A stretch of 59,692 nucleotides of DNA from Patescibacteria group bacterium UBA6816 (lineage in GTDB: Bacteria > Patescibacteriota > Patescibacteriia > UBA2591 > UBA6264), in NCBI GenBank assembly GCA_002452615.1, contig DKES01000021.1:1-59692 (forward strand), read 5' to 3'. The position numbers and the translations under genes were made by a program. The notes beneath the pieces are model-generated. The model had not been told where the DNA came from and made no database searches. It worked only from the letters and a program-made list of their open reading frames with translations. Of the stretch, positions 18,597 through 27,505 are shown in pieces (within the stretch, counting starts at the first letter, position 1; each line of letters begins with the position of its first letter).

Positions 18597-19662
18597 TAGA
18601 TTTTATCTCAATAACATCGCCGTCTTGAATAATATATTCCCGACCCTCAGTTCTAATTAACCCCTTTTCTCTAGCCTTTGATAATCCCTTGGCCCTAACT
18701 AAATCTTGCCAGTTAATTACCTCTGCTTTAATAAAAGCATTTTCAAAATCAGTATGAATTACTCCTCCGGCTTGTGGAGCTTTTTTCCCTTTTTTTAAGG
18801 TCCAGGCTCGAGTTTCATCTTCTCCAGTGGTAAAAAAAGTAATTAAATCTAATAATTCATATGATTTTTTTATTAAATCATTAATTTTACTTTCCGCCGG
18901 CAAACCTAAAGAAACTCTTTCTTCTTTATTTAAATCAGCGGCTTCTAATTCTGTGGCAATATCAATAATTAAAAAGGGCCAATTATTTTTTTGAAAAATA
19001 TCAATAATACTTGAATCTATTTCATTAGCTAAACCATTTAAAAGAAAAATTCTTTGCTTCATGCTTAAAAACTGATAATTTTTCAAAATATTTTTTTCTT
19101 CTTCTAACCATGCTTGAGTTGATAAAACTTTTCCTTGTTTTAAAAATTCTTGAGCTTTATTTAAAACTGTTAACTCTTTAATAATATTTTTATCTGATTT
19201 AACTGACTTAGCTCCTTTTTCTAAACTAATCAATCTTTTTTCCACAGTTTCCAAATCTTTAAAAATCATTTCTAATTCTAAAACTTCTTTATCTCCCATA
19301 ATGTCTATTTTCCCTTGAGGATTAATAATTTTATCATTTTTAAATCCCCGTAAAACATAAACAATTGCGTCCACATTTCTAATATTAGCCAAAAATTGAT
19401 TACCCAATCCTTCTCCTTTGTTTGCTCCTTTAACTAAACCGGCAATATCCACAAATTCTATAGTAGTATAAATCTTTTTTGCCGAATTAGTTATTTCTGT
19501 TAATTGGTCTACTCTTGAATCTGGTACTGCCACCACCCCAATATTTGGGTCAATGGTGCAAAAAGGATAATTAGCACAATCTACTTCTTTTTTAGTAATG
19601 GTTTTAAATAGGGTTGATTTTCCCACGTTAGGTAAACCAACAATACCAATGCTTAAAGACAT
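18589..19662 (-). CDS. ychF: redox-regulated ATPase YchF
   Basis: GIVGLPNVGKSTLF P-loop and a C-terminal TGS-like domain. 357 aa. Confidence 0.95.
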   Translation of the reverse strand: MSLSIGIVGLPNVGKSTLFKTITKKEVDCANYPFCTIDPNIGVVAVPDSRVDQLTEITNSAKKIYTTIEFVDIAGLVKGANKGEGLGNQFLANIRNVDAIVYVLRGFKNDKIINPQGKIDIMGDKEVLELEMIFKDLETVEKRLISLEKGAKSVKSDKNIIKELTVLNKAQEFLKQGKVLSTQAWLEEEKNILKNYQFLSMKQRIFLLNGLANEIDSSIIDIFQKNNWPFLIIDIATELEAADLNKEERVSLGLPAESKINDLIKKSYELLDLITFFTTGEDETRAWTLKKGKKAPQAGGVIHTDFENAFIKAEVINWQDLVRAKGLSKAREKGLIRTEGREYIIQDGDVIEIKSNA

Positions 19663-19683
19663 TTTTATTTTTTTAATTTAGGA

Positions 19684-20061
19684 TTATAAGCTAAAGCCAA
19701 GGACAAAAAAGAAAATTCCCAAAATAATTATTACTGGGGTCCATAATCCTAATCCTTTTTTTATCCATTGAAGAGCTATTTTATTAAAAAATTTAGGAAA
19801 AACTAAAATCATTGTCCCTTTAATTATGGCCATCCATCCCATTAAGGTAATAATCAAGCCCCATTCTAATTTCCAAACATTATGAAAGGTAATAATCAAA
19901 AAACCAACCCCTAAAGCCAAATAAGAAGATAAAAACATGATTAGCTTATGATTAACCATTTCTTTGATTAACTTTCTATAATATTGTGGTTCAAAAAGAA
20001 GTCCTAAACCAATTAATAAATAAATTAATCCAAAAAGTTGAAAAATTTGTCCGTCAGTCAT
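19684..20061 (-). CDS. hypothetical membrane protein (125 aa)
   Basis: Four predicted hydrophobic helices. No motif recognised. Confidence 0.65.
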   Translation of the reverse strand: MTDGQIFQLFGLIYLLIGLGLLFEPQYYRKLIKEMVNHKLIMFLSSYLALGVGFLIITFHNVWKLEWGLIITLMGWMAIIKGTMILVFPKFFNKIALQWIKKGLGLWTPVIIILGIFFFVLGFSL

Positions 20062-20098
20062 ATAAAATAAATTAATTTTGTCTAAATAAAATCGACCT

Positions 20099-20713
20099 TT
20101 AATTAATCAAAAAACTTTGGGCTACTTTTTCAAAGACAGTTCTATTTTGTTCCCAATCAGCTTTAACAGTATTAAAAGAAATTGCCCAAACATCATCTCC
20201 CTTTCCTTTAATAATCACCACTAAAACTTTAAATTCTATTTTATTTTCTTTTATTTCTAATTCAAAAGAGCGGGCCGGATTAGCATTAATATCTAAAATT
20301 TTTTCATTTTTAAAAATAGCTTGGGGAGAATATTCTAGTAAAGTCTTTTTTAAAACTTTTTCATATTCTTCTAAATCTTCTACATCATCTAAAGAATCAA
20401 GGGTCACAGCATAATAGGAAACAAAATTAATTTGTTGGGCCCTTTCTTCTTGGGGTTGGTTGACTGTATCTGTTACTAATAAAGAAATTCCTAGGGGGGC
20501 CTCTTGTTTAGTCCAACCCGCTGGAATTAAAATACTAAAACCATTCCCTAAAACTATTTGGTCCTCAGGTTCTTTTAATTCTTCCTCGGGTTCTTCTTTT
20601 TCTTGAGGTAAACTTACTGAATTTTCTTCTAATGGCTTTTGAAAAATTAAAAAAATAATTACCCCAAAAATTAAAATTAAAAAAATGATGATGAAAATAT
20701 TATTTTTTTTCAT
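20099..20713 (-). CDS. hypothetical N-terminally anchored exported protein
   Basis: N-terminal TM helix followed by an acidic linker and a globular part. Confidence 0.7.
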   Translation of the reverse strand: MKKNNIFIIIFLILIFGVIIFLIFQKPLEENSVSLPQEKEEPEEELKEPEDQIVLGNGFSILIPAGWTKQEAPLGISLLVTDTVNQPQEERAQQINFVSYYAVTLDSLDDVEDLEEYEKVLKKTLLEYSPQAIFKNEKILDINANPARSFELEIKENKIEFKVLVVIIKGKGDDVWAISFNTVKADWEQNRTVFEKVAQSFLIN

Positions 20714-20722
20714 TTTTATTAA

Positions 20723-20998
20723 TTATTTTTCTTTTAAACGTATTTCCAATCCTTTTCTAAAATATTCTATTTCCTCTTTATTTAAAGCTCTTTTATATTT
20801 ATCCCAATATTCTTTCTTGATCTTTTCTAATTCTTCTTCAATAAAATTAGGGTGGTTGGCCTTAAAATAATCTTTATTAGCTCTTTCCAAAATCAGGTCT
20901 ATTTCTTCACTGGAAAAATCAGCTTCTCTTAAGGCTTTCATCCATTCACTGACATCGTCATTAGGAATTCCTCCTTCAATTTTATTAAATTTTTCCAT
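20723..20998 (-). CDS. hypothetical protein (91 aa)
   Basis: ORF in an operon-like position. Charged, helical-looking sequence. Confidence 0.55.
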   Translation of the reverse strand: MEKFNKIEGGIPNDDVSEWMKALREADFSSEEIDLILERANKDYFKANHPNFIEEELEKIKKEYWDKYKRALNKEEIEYFRKGLEIRLKEK

Positions 20999-21013
20999 AA
21001 TTTTGTTTTTAAA

Positions 21014-22063
21014 TTATTTAATAAATTTTTTACATTCTTGAGCAATGGCTTTTTCTTCCTCGGTTTTGATTCTTAAAATCTTTACTTGACTTAACCAAGG
21101 CAAACCTTGTTTAATTTTTTTAACTGTATAAGGGTCACCCGAACCAATTGCGCCAGTAAAAACTACTCCTTGAACTTTTCCCAAAACCCCCTGATAAGCA
21201 CTAAGGTATTTTTGTAAACGGTAAATAAAAATATCAAAAGCTAATTGAGCTTTTTTATCCCTCTTTTTTACTGCGGCTAAAAGTTTTTTAAAATCCTGAC
21301 TTCCCCACAATCCTTTAATTCCTGATTCAAAATTAAATAAATTATTAACTTCCTTTAAAGAAAGTCCTAATTTCTGATAAAGATAAAATCCTAATCCTGG
21401 ATCCAAATCTCCGGGACGCGTCATCATTACCAACCCCTCTAAAGGAGTAAAGCCCATGCTGGTGTCAATAGCTTTTCCTTTTTTAATCGCAGCCACAGAA
21501 CAACCTCCCCCTAAGTGACAAGTGATTAAATTAATAGTGGACAATTTTTTTTTCATTTTTTGGGCCGCTTGTTGAGCCACATATTGATGGGAAATACCGT
21601 GAAAACCAAACTTTTGGATTCTGTGTTTTTTATAATATTTTAAAGGCAAAGCGTAAATTTTTGCCTTTAAGGGTAAATTAGTAAAAAAAGCTGTATCAAA
21701 AACAGCTAAATGATTTGTTGGTAAATACTTTTGCGCCCAAGTTAAAATCTTTAATTGAGCCGGATTATGTAAAGGGGCTAAAGAATTAAATTTTTCTATT
21801 TCCTTGATTATTTGACGATTAATAAGGGTGGGTTGATAAAATTTATCTCCCCCGTGAACAAGACGATGTCCGACCACTTGAATATTGGTAAAACTACTAA
21901 TTTCTTTTAAAATTTTCTGAAAAGCTTTTAAATGGTCTGAATCTGAAGTTAAATTTTGCCAGTCATTTTTCTTTAAAACTTTTAAATTGTTTGCTTGAAA
22001 AAGCTGATATTTTAAGGAAGTGCTACCGGCATTAAAAACTAAAATTTTTTTACTAGTTTTCAT
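21014..22063 (-). CDS. ackA: acetate kinase (short form, 349 aa)
   Basis: KILVFNAGSTSLKYQLF, VGHRLVHGG, and a C-terminal TEEEKAIA resembling the ackA TNEE..IA motif. Confidence 0.88.
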   Translation of the reverse strand: MKTSKKILVFNAGSTSLKYQLFQANNLKVLKKNDWQNLTSDSDHLKAFQKILKEISSFTNIQVVGHRLVHGGDKFYQPTLINRQIIKEIEKFNSLAPLHNPAQLKILTWAQKYLPTNHLAVFDTAFFTNLPLKAKIYALPLKYYKKHRIQKFGFHGISHQYVAQQAAQKMKKKLSTINLITCHLGGGCSVAAIKKGKAIDTSMGFTPLEGLVMMTRPGDLDPGLGFYLYQKLGLSLKEVNNLFNFESGIKGLWGSQDFKKLLAAVKKRDKKAQLAFDIFIYRLQKYLSAYQGVLGKVQGVVFTGAIGSGDPYTVKKIKQGLPWLSQVKILRIKTEEEKAIAQECKKFIK

Positions 22064-22072
22064 TTATTATTT

Positions 22073-23212
22073 TTAAATATGAATAAATTGATACACAATA
22101 CCAAAAAATAAAACTAAATAAATAAAATAAGCTAAAAGTCGCGGCAAATTAATTTTAAATTCTGGTTGGCGTTCCCCTTTTTTCTTAGCTTGATAATAAG
22201 TCATCAATAAAACAATTCCTTGAAAACCAGACAAAGTTCCTCCGGCAAAAGCAATTACCCGAATAAAACTTCTTAACCCTAAAATGAAAAAAATTAAAGG
22301 TACTCCTACAGTTATTAACCAAGCCCCAATTAAAGGAAATTTATAATCTTTATAAAATAATTCTCTAAGAAAATAACCTAAAGCCAAAAAAGAAGTAGTC
22401 ATGGCTAAAATACCAAAGATTCCTCCTACTAAAATTGCTTTCCCACCGGTTACTGCCTTTAAACCAATTAAAGCTGTTTCTGAAGTATTAACACCTGTAA
22501 CTCCCACAATCGCAAAACAAAAAAGAACATAAATAATTATAGGAATAATCATCCCCAAAGCTAAAGATTTTTTTAAAAGATGAGCTTGGTCTCCTAGAAT
22601 TCGCCGCATTGTGGGAATAGCCACTGCCCCACACATAGAAAATAAGACGGCCCCATAAGGAAAAAGAAATTTAGACCAATAAATTGTTTTTAAATTTTCT
22701 ATTTGGACATAAGGCCAAGCTTGAAAAAAAACAAAAATAACCACGGCCATTAAAAATAGAGTCATCCCCGCTTCTAAACGACTAACAATTCCAATCCCTT
22801 TTAAAATTAATGAACTAGCCAAAGCCCAAAAAACCAAAGACCAAATAAAAGGACTCCCTCCTATAACCGGGGTTAAAAGAGCGTCTAAAAATTCTCCCAC
22901 CCCAATAGTATAAGCAATTAAAGCGCTAAAAATTCCTAAAATTAAAGAAATGGTAATTAAAACTTTTCCCTTTTTTCCTAAATACTTTTCCGCATAACCA
23001 GCAATTTCCAATTTTTCATGAGTGCGCAAAATAACTTCTGCATAGCAAAGATTAATTAAGAAAAACAAAACTGCCATGACTGCCAAATAAGCCATCCCAA
23101 TTAAAAACCCGCTTTGGGCAAAAGCATAAGGCAAACCAAAAATTCCTGCTCCGACGATTGTACCAATTAAAACTGAGGTTGAACGAAAAAAACGAGAATC
23201 TTTTGAAATCAT
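22073..23212 (-). CDS. amino acid permease (Trp/Tyr/Ser-type transporter family)
   Basis: About 11 TM helices. The N-terminal STSVLIGTIVGAGIFGLPYAFAQSG is typical of this permease family. Confidence 0.8.
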   Translation of the reverse strand: MISKDSRFFRSTSVLIGTIVGAGIFGLPYAFAQSGFLIGMAYLAVMAVLFFLINLCYAEVILRTHEKLEIAGYAEKYLGKKGKVLITISLILGIFSALIAYTIGVGEFLDALLTPVIGGSPFIWSLVFWALASSLILKGIGIVSRLEAGMTLFLMAVVIFVFFQAWPYVQIENLKTIYWSKFLFPYGAVLFSMCGAVAIPTMRRILGDQAHLLKKSLALGMIIPIIIYVLFCFAIVGVTGVNTSETALIGLKAVTGGKAILVGGIFGILAMTTSFLALGYFLRELFYKDYKFPLIGAWLITVGVPLIFFILGLRSFIRVIAFAGGTLSGFQGIVLLMTYYQAKKKGERQPEFKINLPRLLAYFIYLVLFFGIVYQFIHI

Positions 23213-23214
23213 AG

Positions 23215-24252
23215 TTATTCTTCTTTTTGAGGTTTATCTAATAACAAAGGTTCTACTTTGTCCCGACCTTCTTTGGTTATTTTTAAAATATCTTTATCTA
23301 TTTTACCAAATTCTTTAGCAGAGCGATTATAACTATTAATCACAGTCTCTAAGTGTTCTCCTAATTTTTTTAAAAACTGGTCATATTGAACAATATCCCG
23401 ACTTAATTTTTCTACATTTTTTTGAATCTCTTTCACTGATTCCTCAATTTGAAAAGAACGCAATCCTTGTAAAACCATTTGTAAATAAGCTAAAAAAGTG
23501 GTTGGAGAAACAATAATTACTTTTCTATCTTTAAAGGCATATTCAATCAGATTACGCGCGCTCACCTGAACTCCTCCTACTTCTCCCACCAACAAGTCAT
23601 AATAAATTGCCTCTGAAGGAATAAACATAAAAGCAAAATCAAAAGTATTTTTCTCGGGTTGAATATATTTGGCGGTTTCATCAATCCGTTTTTTTAAATC
23701 CGCTTTTAATGCTTTTTCTAATTTTTCTTTTTTATCCTTATCTCTTTCTTTAATTAAACGGTTATAATTCTCCAAAGAAAATTTAGCGTCAATGGGTAAA
23801 ATTTTATCTTTAACAAAAATTGCGGCATCAACAATTAAATCTTGGTCATTATTTTTGTCTCGACCAATCTTATATTGCATTTGATAAACTTTGGGCGGTA
23901 AAACATTTTTTAAAACTGTTTCTAAATAAAATTCTCCTAAAACACCTCTTTGTTTGGGATTTTTTAAAATATCTTGAAGATTTTGCAATTGGTCGGCAAA
24001 ATTAATTACTTGTTTGTTGGTCGCATCTAAGTCCCCTAATTTTTTAGTCACGTCTTCTACAATTTTCAAATTTTGCTCTTGTTGAGAACGTAAATCAGAC
24101 CGAACATTGTCTAACTGCTCCTGAATCATTAAATTGCTTTGTTCGTCTTTATTTTCTGAACTTTTCTTTTTAATTTGTGATAAAAACAAAAGCAAAACCG
24201 CAAAACCGGCCACCAAGACAATAATTAAGATTATAAATTGTAAACTGGTCAT
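23215..24252 (-). CDS. rmuC: DNA recombination protein RmuC
   Basis: N-terminal TM, coiled coil, and the RmuC-type ILPIDAKFSLENY motif. Confidence 0.9.
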   Translation of the reverse strand: MTSLQFIILIIVLVAGFAVLLLFLSQIKKKSSENKDEQSNLMIQEQLDNVRSDLRSQQEQNLKIVEDVTKKLGDLDATNKQVINFADQLQNLQDILKNPKQRGVLGEFYLETVLKNVLPPKVYQMQYKIGRDKNNDQDLIVDAAIFVKDKILPIDAKFSLENYNRLIKERDKDKKEKLEKALKADLKKRIDETAKYIQPEKNTFDFAFMFIPSEAIYYDLLVGEVGGVQVSARNLIEYAFKDRKVIIVSPTTFLAYLQMVLQGLRSFQIEESVKEIQKNVEKLSRDIVQYDQFLKKLGEHLETVINSYNRSAKEFGKIDKDILKITKEGRDKVEPLLLDKPQKEE

Positions 24253-24379
24253 TTTTAAAAATTAAAAGATTATCTCCTTACCTGAATTATACAACAAAAA
24301 ATCGTTCTTGACAAACGTTCGCATCAACTCCTGATAAGTCTAGCTTGTAATTTACACGGTTGTTTGTAATATATAATAT

Positions 24380-24424
24380 ACACAGGTTCAACCTGTGTAA
24401 ATAAATACACAGGTTCAACCTGTG
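24380..24424. repeat. two copies of the palindrome (A)CACAGGTTCAACCTGTG(T)
   Basis: A 19-nt perfect palindrome at 24380..24398 and a 17-nt perfect palindrome at 24408..24424. The core is the same as at 1467..1483. Confidence 0.9.
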
Positions 24425-24432
24425 CAAGAGCC

Positions 24433-24459
24433 TTAGACCAAACCAACAAGGAGGGAAAA
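24433..24459 (+). repeat. 27-bp direct repeat flanking the AbiE module (left copy)
   Basis: ttagaccaaaccaacaaggagggaaaa matches 26230..26256 at 24 of 27 positions. Confidence 0.8.
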
Positions 24460-24489
24460 CTTATTTTTTCTAATGCGACTTATATTTTA

Positions 24490-25284
24490 TTAAAATCTTA
24501 GGTTTTTTCTAATTAATTTCTCTAATTCTAAATTAATTTTTTCAAAATCAGGCAAATCAGAAATTTGATTTGCCAGTCTGTTTTTCCAGTTAATTTTATA
24601 ATTTGGTTTTTGAATCTCTAAAATCAAATCGTTAATATTAAAAAAATAACCATGTTTATCTATAAATATCTTTCTAATCTTTTTAAATTTTAAATCCTGC
24701 TTTAATAATTTCCATAAATCATAAACATCTCTTGGTTCGTCAACCACATCAAATAAATGACTTATCTTATCGGTCGCAATTGATTCTAAATCATAAGATA
24801 AAAAATCTGCTTTAAATTTCTTTAAATCCTGATAAAAAAATTTAATTGGTCTTTTTTCAAAAGGTGGTAAAAAATTATCTTCTAAAATGTCTACTTTTAA
24901 CTCTTTTCCGTTGCCAGAATAAATTTCCGAAACAATATCATAGGAAAAAAATATTTGCAGATGACCATCTTGTAAAATCCTCTTTTCCTTTATTTCTTCC
25001 ACTTCCGCGGGAAAATCTTGATTAATTTTTTTTAAAACCCTTGATAATTTTTGAGGGATATTTTCTATTCCTTCTTTAACTAAAAAATCCAAATCTTCAG
25101 AAAAACGATAATCTGGAAAATAGATCTTTTTTAAACAAGTTCCTCCGCGAAAAACTAAATTTTTTAAATCATTGTTTAGAGATATATAATACAAAAAAAG
25201 TTCAATAAAATAATCTTTTTCAATCGTCTCTTCTAGTAATAAAAGATTTGAAGATATTTTTTTAATTTGAGTATGATTTATCAT
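24490..25284 (-). CDS. AbiEii/AbiGii-family nucleotidyltransferase toxin (type IV TA)
   Basis: FRGGTCLKKIYFPDYRFSEDLDF nucleotidyltransferase motif (DUF1814-like). 264 aa. Confidence 0.85.
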   Translation of the reverse strand: MINHTQIKKISSNLLLLEETIEKDYFIELFLYYISLNNDLKNLVFRGGTCLKKIYFPDYRFSEDLDFLVKEGIENIPQKLSRVLKKINQDFPAEVEEIKEKRILQDGHLQIFFSYDIVSEIYSGNGKELKVDILEDNFLPPFEKRPIKFFYQDLKKFKADFLSYDLESIATDKISHLFDVVDEPRDVYDLWKLLKQDLKFKKIRKIFIDKHGYFFNINDLILEIQKPNYKINWKNRLANQISDLPDFEKINLELEKLIRKNLRF

Positions 25285-25287
25285 CTG

Positions 25288-26103
25288 TTAAGCTTTGATA
25301 ATTTTCTTAATTTGTTTAGGCGAAACATTATCAATTAAACGCCAATTATTTTTGCTTAAATTTTTATTAGATAAGCTAGGGTCAAATAAGTCATATCTAT
25401 TTTTGATATATTTTTTTAAATTCTGGTAAACATCTTTATTGCCAATCTCTAAAATTTCTAAAAGATAACCCAAGCGTTTGGCAATTATATTCTTGTTATA
25501 TTTCTTAACATACTGAATTAATTTTTTAAAGTCTATTTTATCTTTAACTAAATAAACTCCGGTCGCCACCTCGGTAATACCACCACAATATTCTGGATGA
25601 AACAATCCGTCTAAAATTGTCTTTTCTATGTCAGAAAAACGAACTTTATTTTGTTTATTAATCCATTCTTCTGTAATTCCAAAAAGAAATCTTTTATTAA
25701 TAAAAATAAAATTTAAAAAATTTTTTAAATCATTCGGGGCTATTTGTCTTTTAGGGGTCGAAATAAAAACTTTGTTTATTGGATGAGTAACCATTCCCCA
25801 AAAATCCATGGCACTATAAAAAGAAATATAATATTCTGAAGAGTTAGCAATCTCCTTAGCAGCCACAAACCAGTTACCAATATATTTTTTTATATTACCT
25901 ATTTCTTGAGGAACAATAATATGTTTACCTCTTTTAAAAGAAGAAATAATTCCCCTTTTTTTTAATTCTGAAATCAATCTACCGGCTGAAAAATAATTTA
26001 AACTAGTTATGTCTTGAACGTCCTTAATACTAAAAATAACTTTATTTTGATTATAAAGGTTTTTAATAAGATTAATACTTGTATTTCTTTTGACTTTTTT
26101 CAT
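25288..26103 (-). CDS. AbiEi-like antitoxin / transcriptional regulator
   Basis: 271 aa, ending 4 nt upstream of the AbiEii gene. The size and position are typical of AbiEi. Confidence 0.7.
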   Translation of the reverse strand: MKKVKRNTSINLIKNLYNQNKVIFSIKDVQDITSLNYFSAGRLISELKKRGIISSFKRGKHIIVPQEIGNIKKYIGNWFVAAKEIANSSEYYISFYSAMDFWGMVTHPINKVFISTPKRQIAPNDLKNFLNFIFINKRFLFGITEEWINKQNKVRFSDIEKTILDGLFHPEYCGGITEVATGVYLVKDKIDFKKLIQYVKKYNKNIIAKRLGYLLEILEIGNKDVYQNLKKYIKNRYDLFDPSLSNKNLSKNNWRLIDNVSPKQIKKIIKA

Positions 26104-26123
26104 AAAAAAACTACCATTTCTTC

Positions 26124-26154
26124 ATAGAATTAACGCCTACATCGTTAATTCTAT
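26124..26154. promoter_or_regulatory. 12-bp perfect inverted repeat, putative AbiEi operator
   Basis: atagaattaacg-cctacat-cgttaattctat. It overlaps the -10 box of the promoter. Confidence 0.6.
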
Positions 26155-26176
26155 ACATAAAACGTAGTTTTGTCAA
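26148..26176 (-). promoter_or_regulatory. promoter of the AbiE operon (TTGACA-17 nt-TAGAAT)
   Basis: The minus strand has TTGACA (26176..26171), a 17-nt spacer and TAGAAT (26153..26148). Confidence 0.6.
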
Positions 26177-26229
26177 TAAAAATTTATTCAGATATCCACA
26201 TATATTTTTTATACTACTTTTTACCCCTT

Positions 26230-26256
26230 TTAGGCTAAACCAGCAAGGAGGGAAAA
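26230..26256 (+). repeat. 27-bp direct repeat flanking the AbiE module (right copy)
   Basis: ttaggctaaaccagcaaggagggaaaa. See 24433..24459. Confidence 0.8.
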
Positions 26257-26349
26257 ATAATAGTCGATATTAGTCTAAATCTGATTTTTCGCCCTAAAAC
26301 CCGCTTGAATAAAGGGTTCCCGAGTATCATTTGAGGGGCGGTCCCCTTT

Positions 26350-26559
26350 TTAATTTTTATATCTAGAAAATAACAGGGTTAAAATCCCTAAAATAAAAAC
26401 AATAATTAAAAAAGATTTTATTTCCAACCAAAGACTCACAAAACCGGGTTGAAAATCCTCTATCATCAAGAGTAAAAACAATAAAACAAAGCTAACCCCG
26501 AATAAATCTCGAATAAAATAATAAAAAACTTTAGCTAATTTTTTCCCAGAGATGTTCAT
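26350..26559 (-). CDS. small membrane protein (69 aa)
   Basis: Two hydrophobic helices. Overlaps the upstream gene by 29 nt. Confidence 0.5.
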   Translation of the reverse strand: MNISGKKLAKVFYYFIRDLFGVSFVLLFLLLMIEDFQPGFVSLWLEIKSFLIIVFILGILTLLFSRYKN

Positions 26560-27397
26560 ATTTTCTTAAAATATAAGATTTTAAATCAAACCAAAAATCA
26601 GACCAAGTGGTTGTTGGCCGGTCTAAATTTATTAAAACTTCTTTTATTTTAATTTGACGACGATAATCCTCTAATCCTGGAGCAGAAATCATAAATTCAT
26701 AAGCGTTTTCATTAAGATGTTCTTGTCCGGCCCAAAATTCTAAAATTTGTTCTTTATCCCCCTTTAAAGAAATTGTTTGCGGAGAAACATAATTGGCAAT
26801 CACATAATCTGCTTCTGACAAAGATAATTCTGGAGACCATTCTTTAATAATTGTTTCTTGTTCTTTTTCAAAAGCTTCCGGGCTAAAAGCATAGAAAAAG
26901 GTAATAATTTTTCCAGCGGGCAAATTATTAACAAAATCATAAATAGAATCAAATTTTTTATTTTTTTGCCATAAACTAATCCCTTGTTCAGTTAATTTAA
27001 ACCAATCTAAATTATCTAAAGCTTGATTCTCCAAAGGTTTTAAGCTAAATCGCCAATCTAATGGGTCAGTTCTTTTTTTTAACAATCCCATTTGCAAAAG
27101 CTCTTGTTCTTTATTTTGATAAACCATTTTAATTTTTACTCGGTCAAATGTTCTTGGGACTTTAACTTTAAAATAGGCCGGCTCTATAAAAATAATTTGT
27201 CCTCCTTCTTTATCTTTATCTGCTCCCACTCTTTCTTTGGGGTATAATTCAGAAATAAAATTAGACTCGTCATAAAAATCAGTCTCTATTTGAAGTTGAC
27301 CTTGAGGAACAATATTTTTATTTAAAAGCCAACCTAAAAAAATCAAAGCTAAAATAATCAAAACAACACGATAAATTTTCAAAATAATTTTTAGCAT
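26531..27397 (-). CDS. hypothetical N-terminally anchored protein (288 aa)
   Basis: N-terminal TM helix. Lies downstream of the 758-aa membrane protein gene. Confidence 0.75.
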   Translation of the reverse strand: MLKIILKIYRVVLIILALIFLGWLLNKNIVPQGQLQIETDFYDESNFISELYPKERVGADKDKEGGQIIFIEPAYFKVKVPRTFDRVKIKMVYQNKEQELLQMGLLKKRTDPLDWRFSLKPLENQALDNLDWFKLTEQGISLWQKNKKFDSIYDFVNNLPAGKIITFFYAFSPEAFEKEQETIIKEWSPELSLSEADYVIANYVSPQTISLKGDKEQILEFWAGQEHLNENAYEFMISAPGLEDYRRQIKIKEVLINLDRPTTTWSDFWFDLKSYILRKYEHLWEKIS

Positions 27398-27460
27398 ATA
27401 TTTTTTTGAGAATCCAACCCCTTGTCTATATTTTCCCTCAAGGGTCAGACCTCTTTATTT

Positions 27461-27505
27461 ATGCCTGCCCTGTAGTGAACGCAAAGCGTTCTACTACTGG
27501 GGTTT
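27461..27505 (+). repeat. solitary 47-nt-type hairpin unit (B unit)
   Basis: atgcctgccctgtagtgaacgcaaagcgttctactactggggtttt is the same unit as the 39548..39735 array. It abuts the TGA stop at 27506. Confidence 0.9.
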
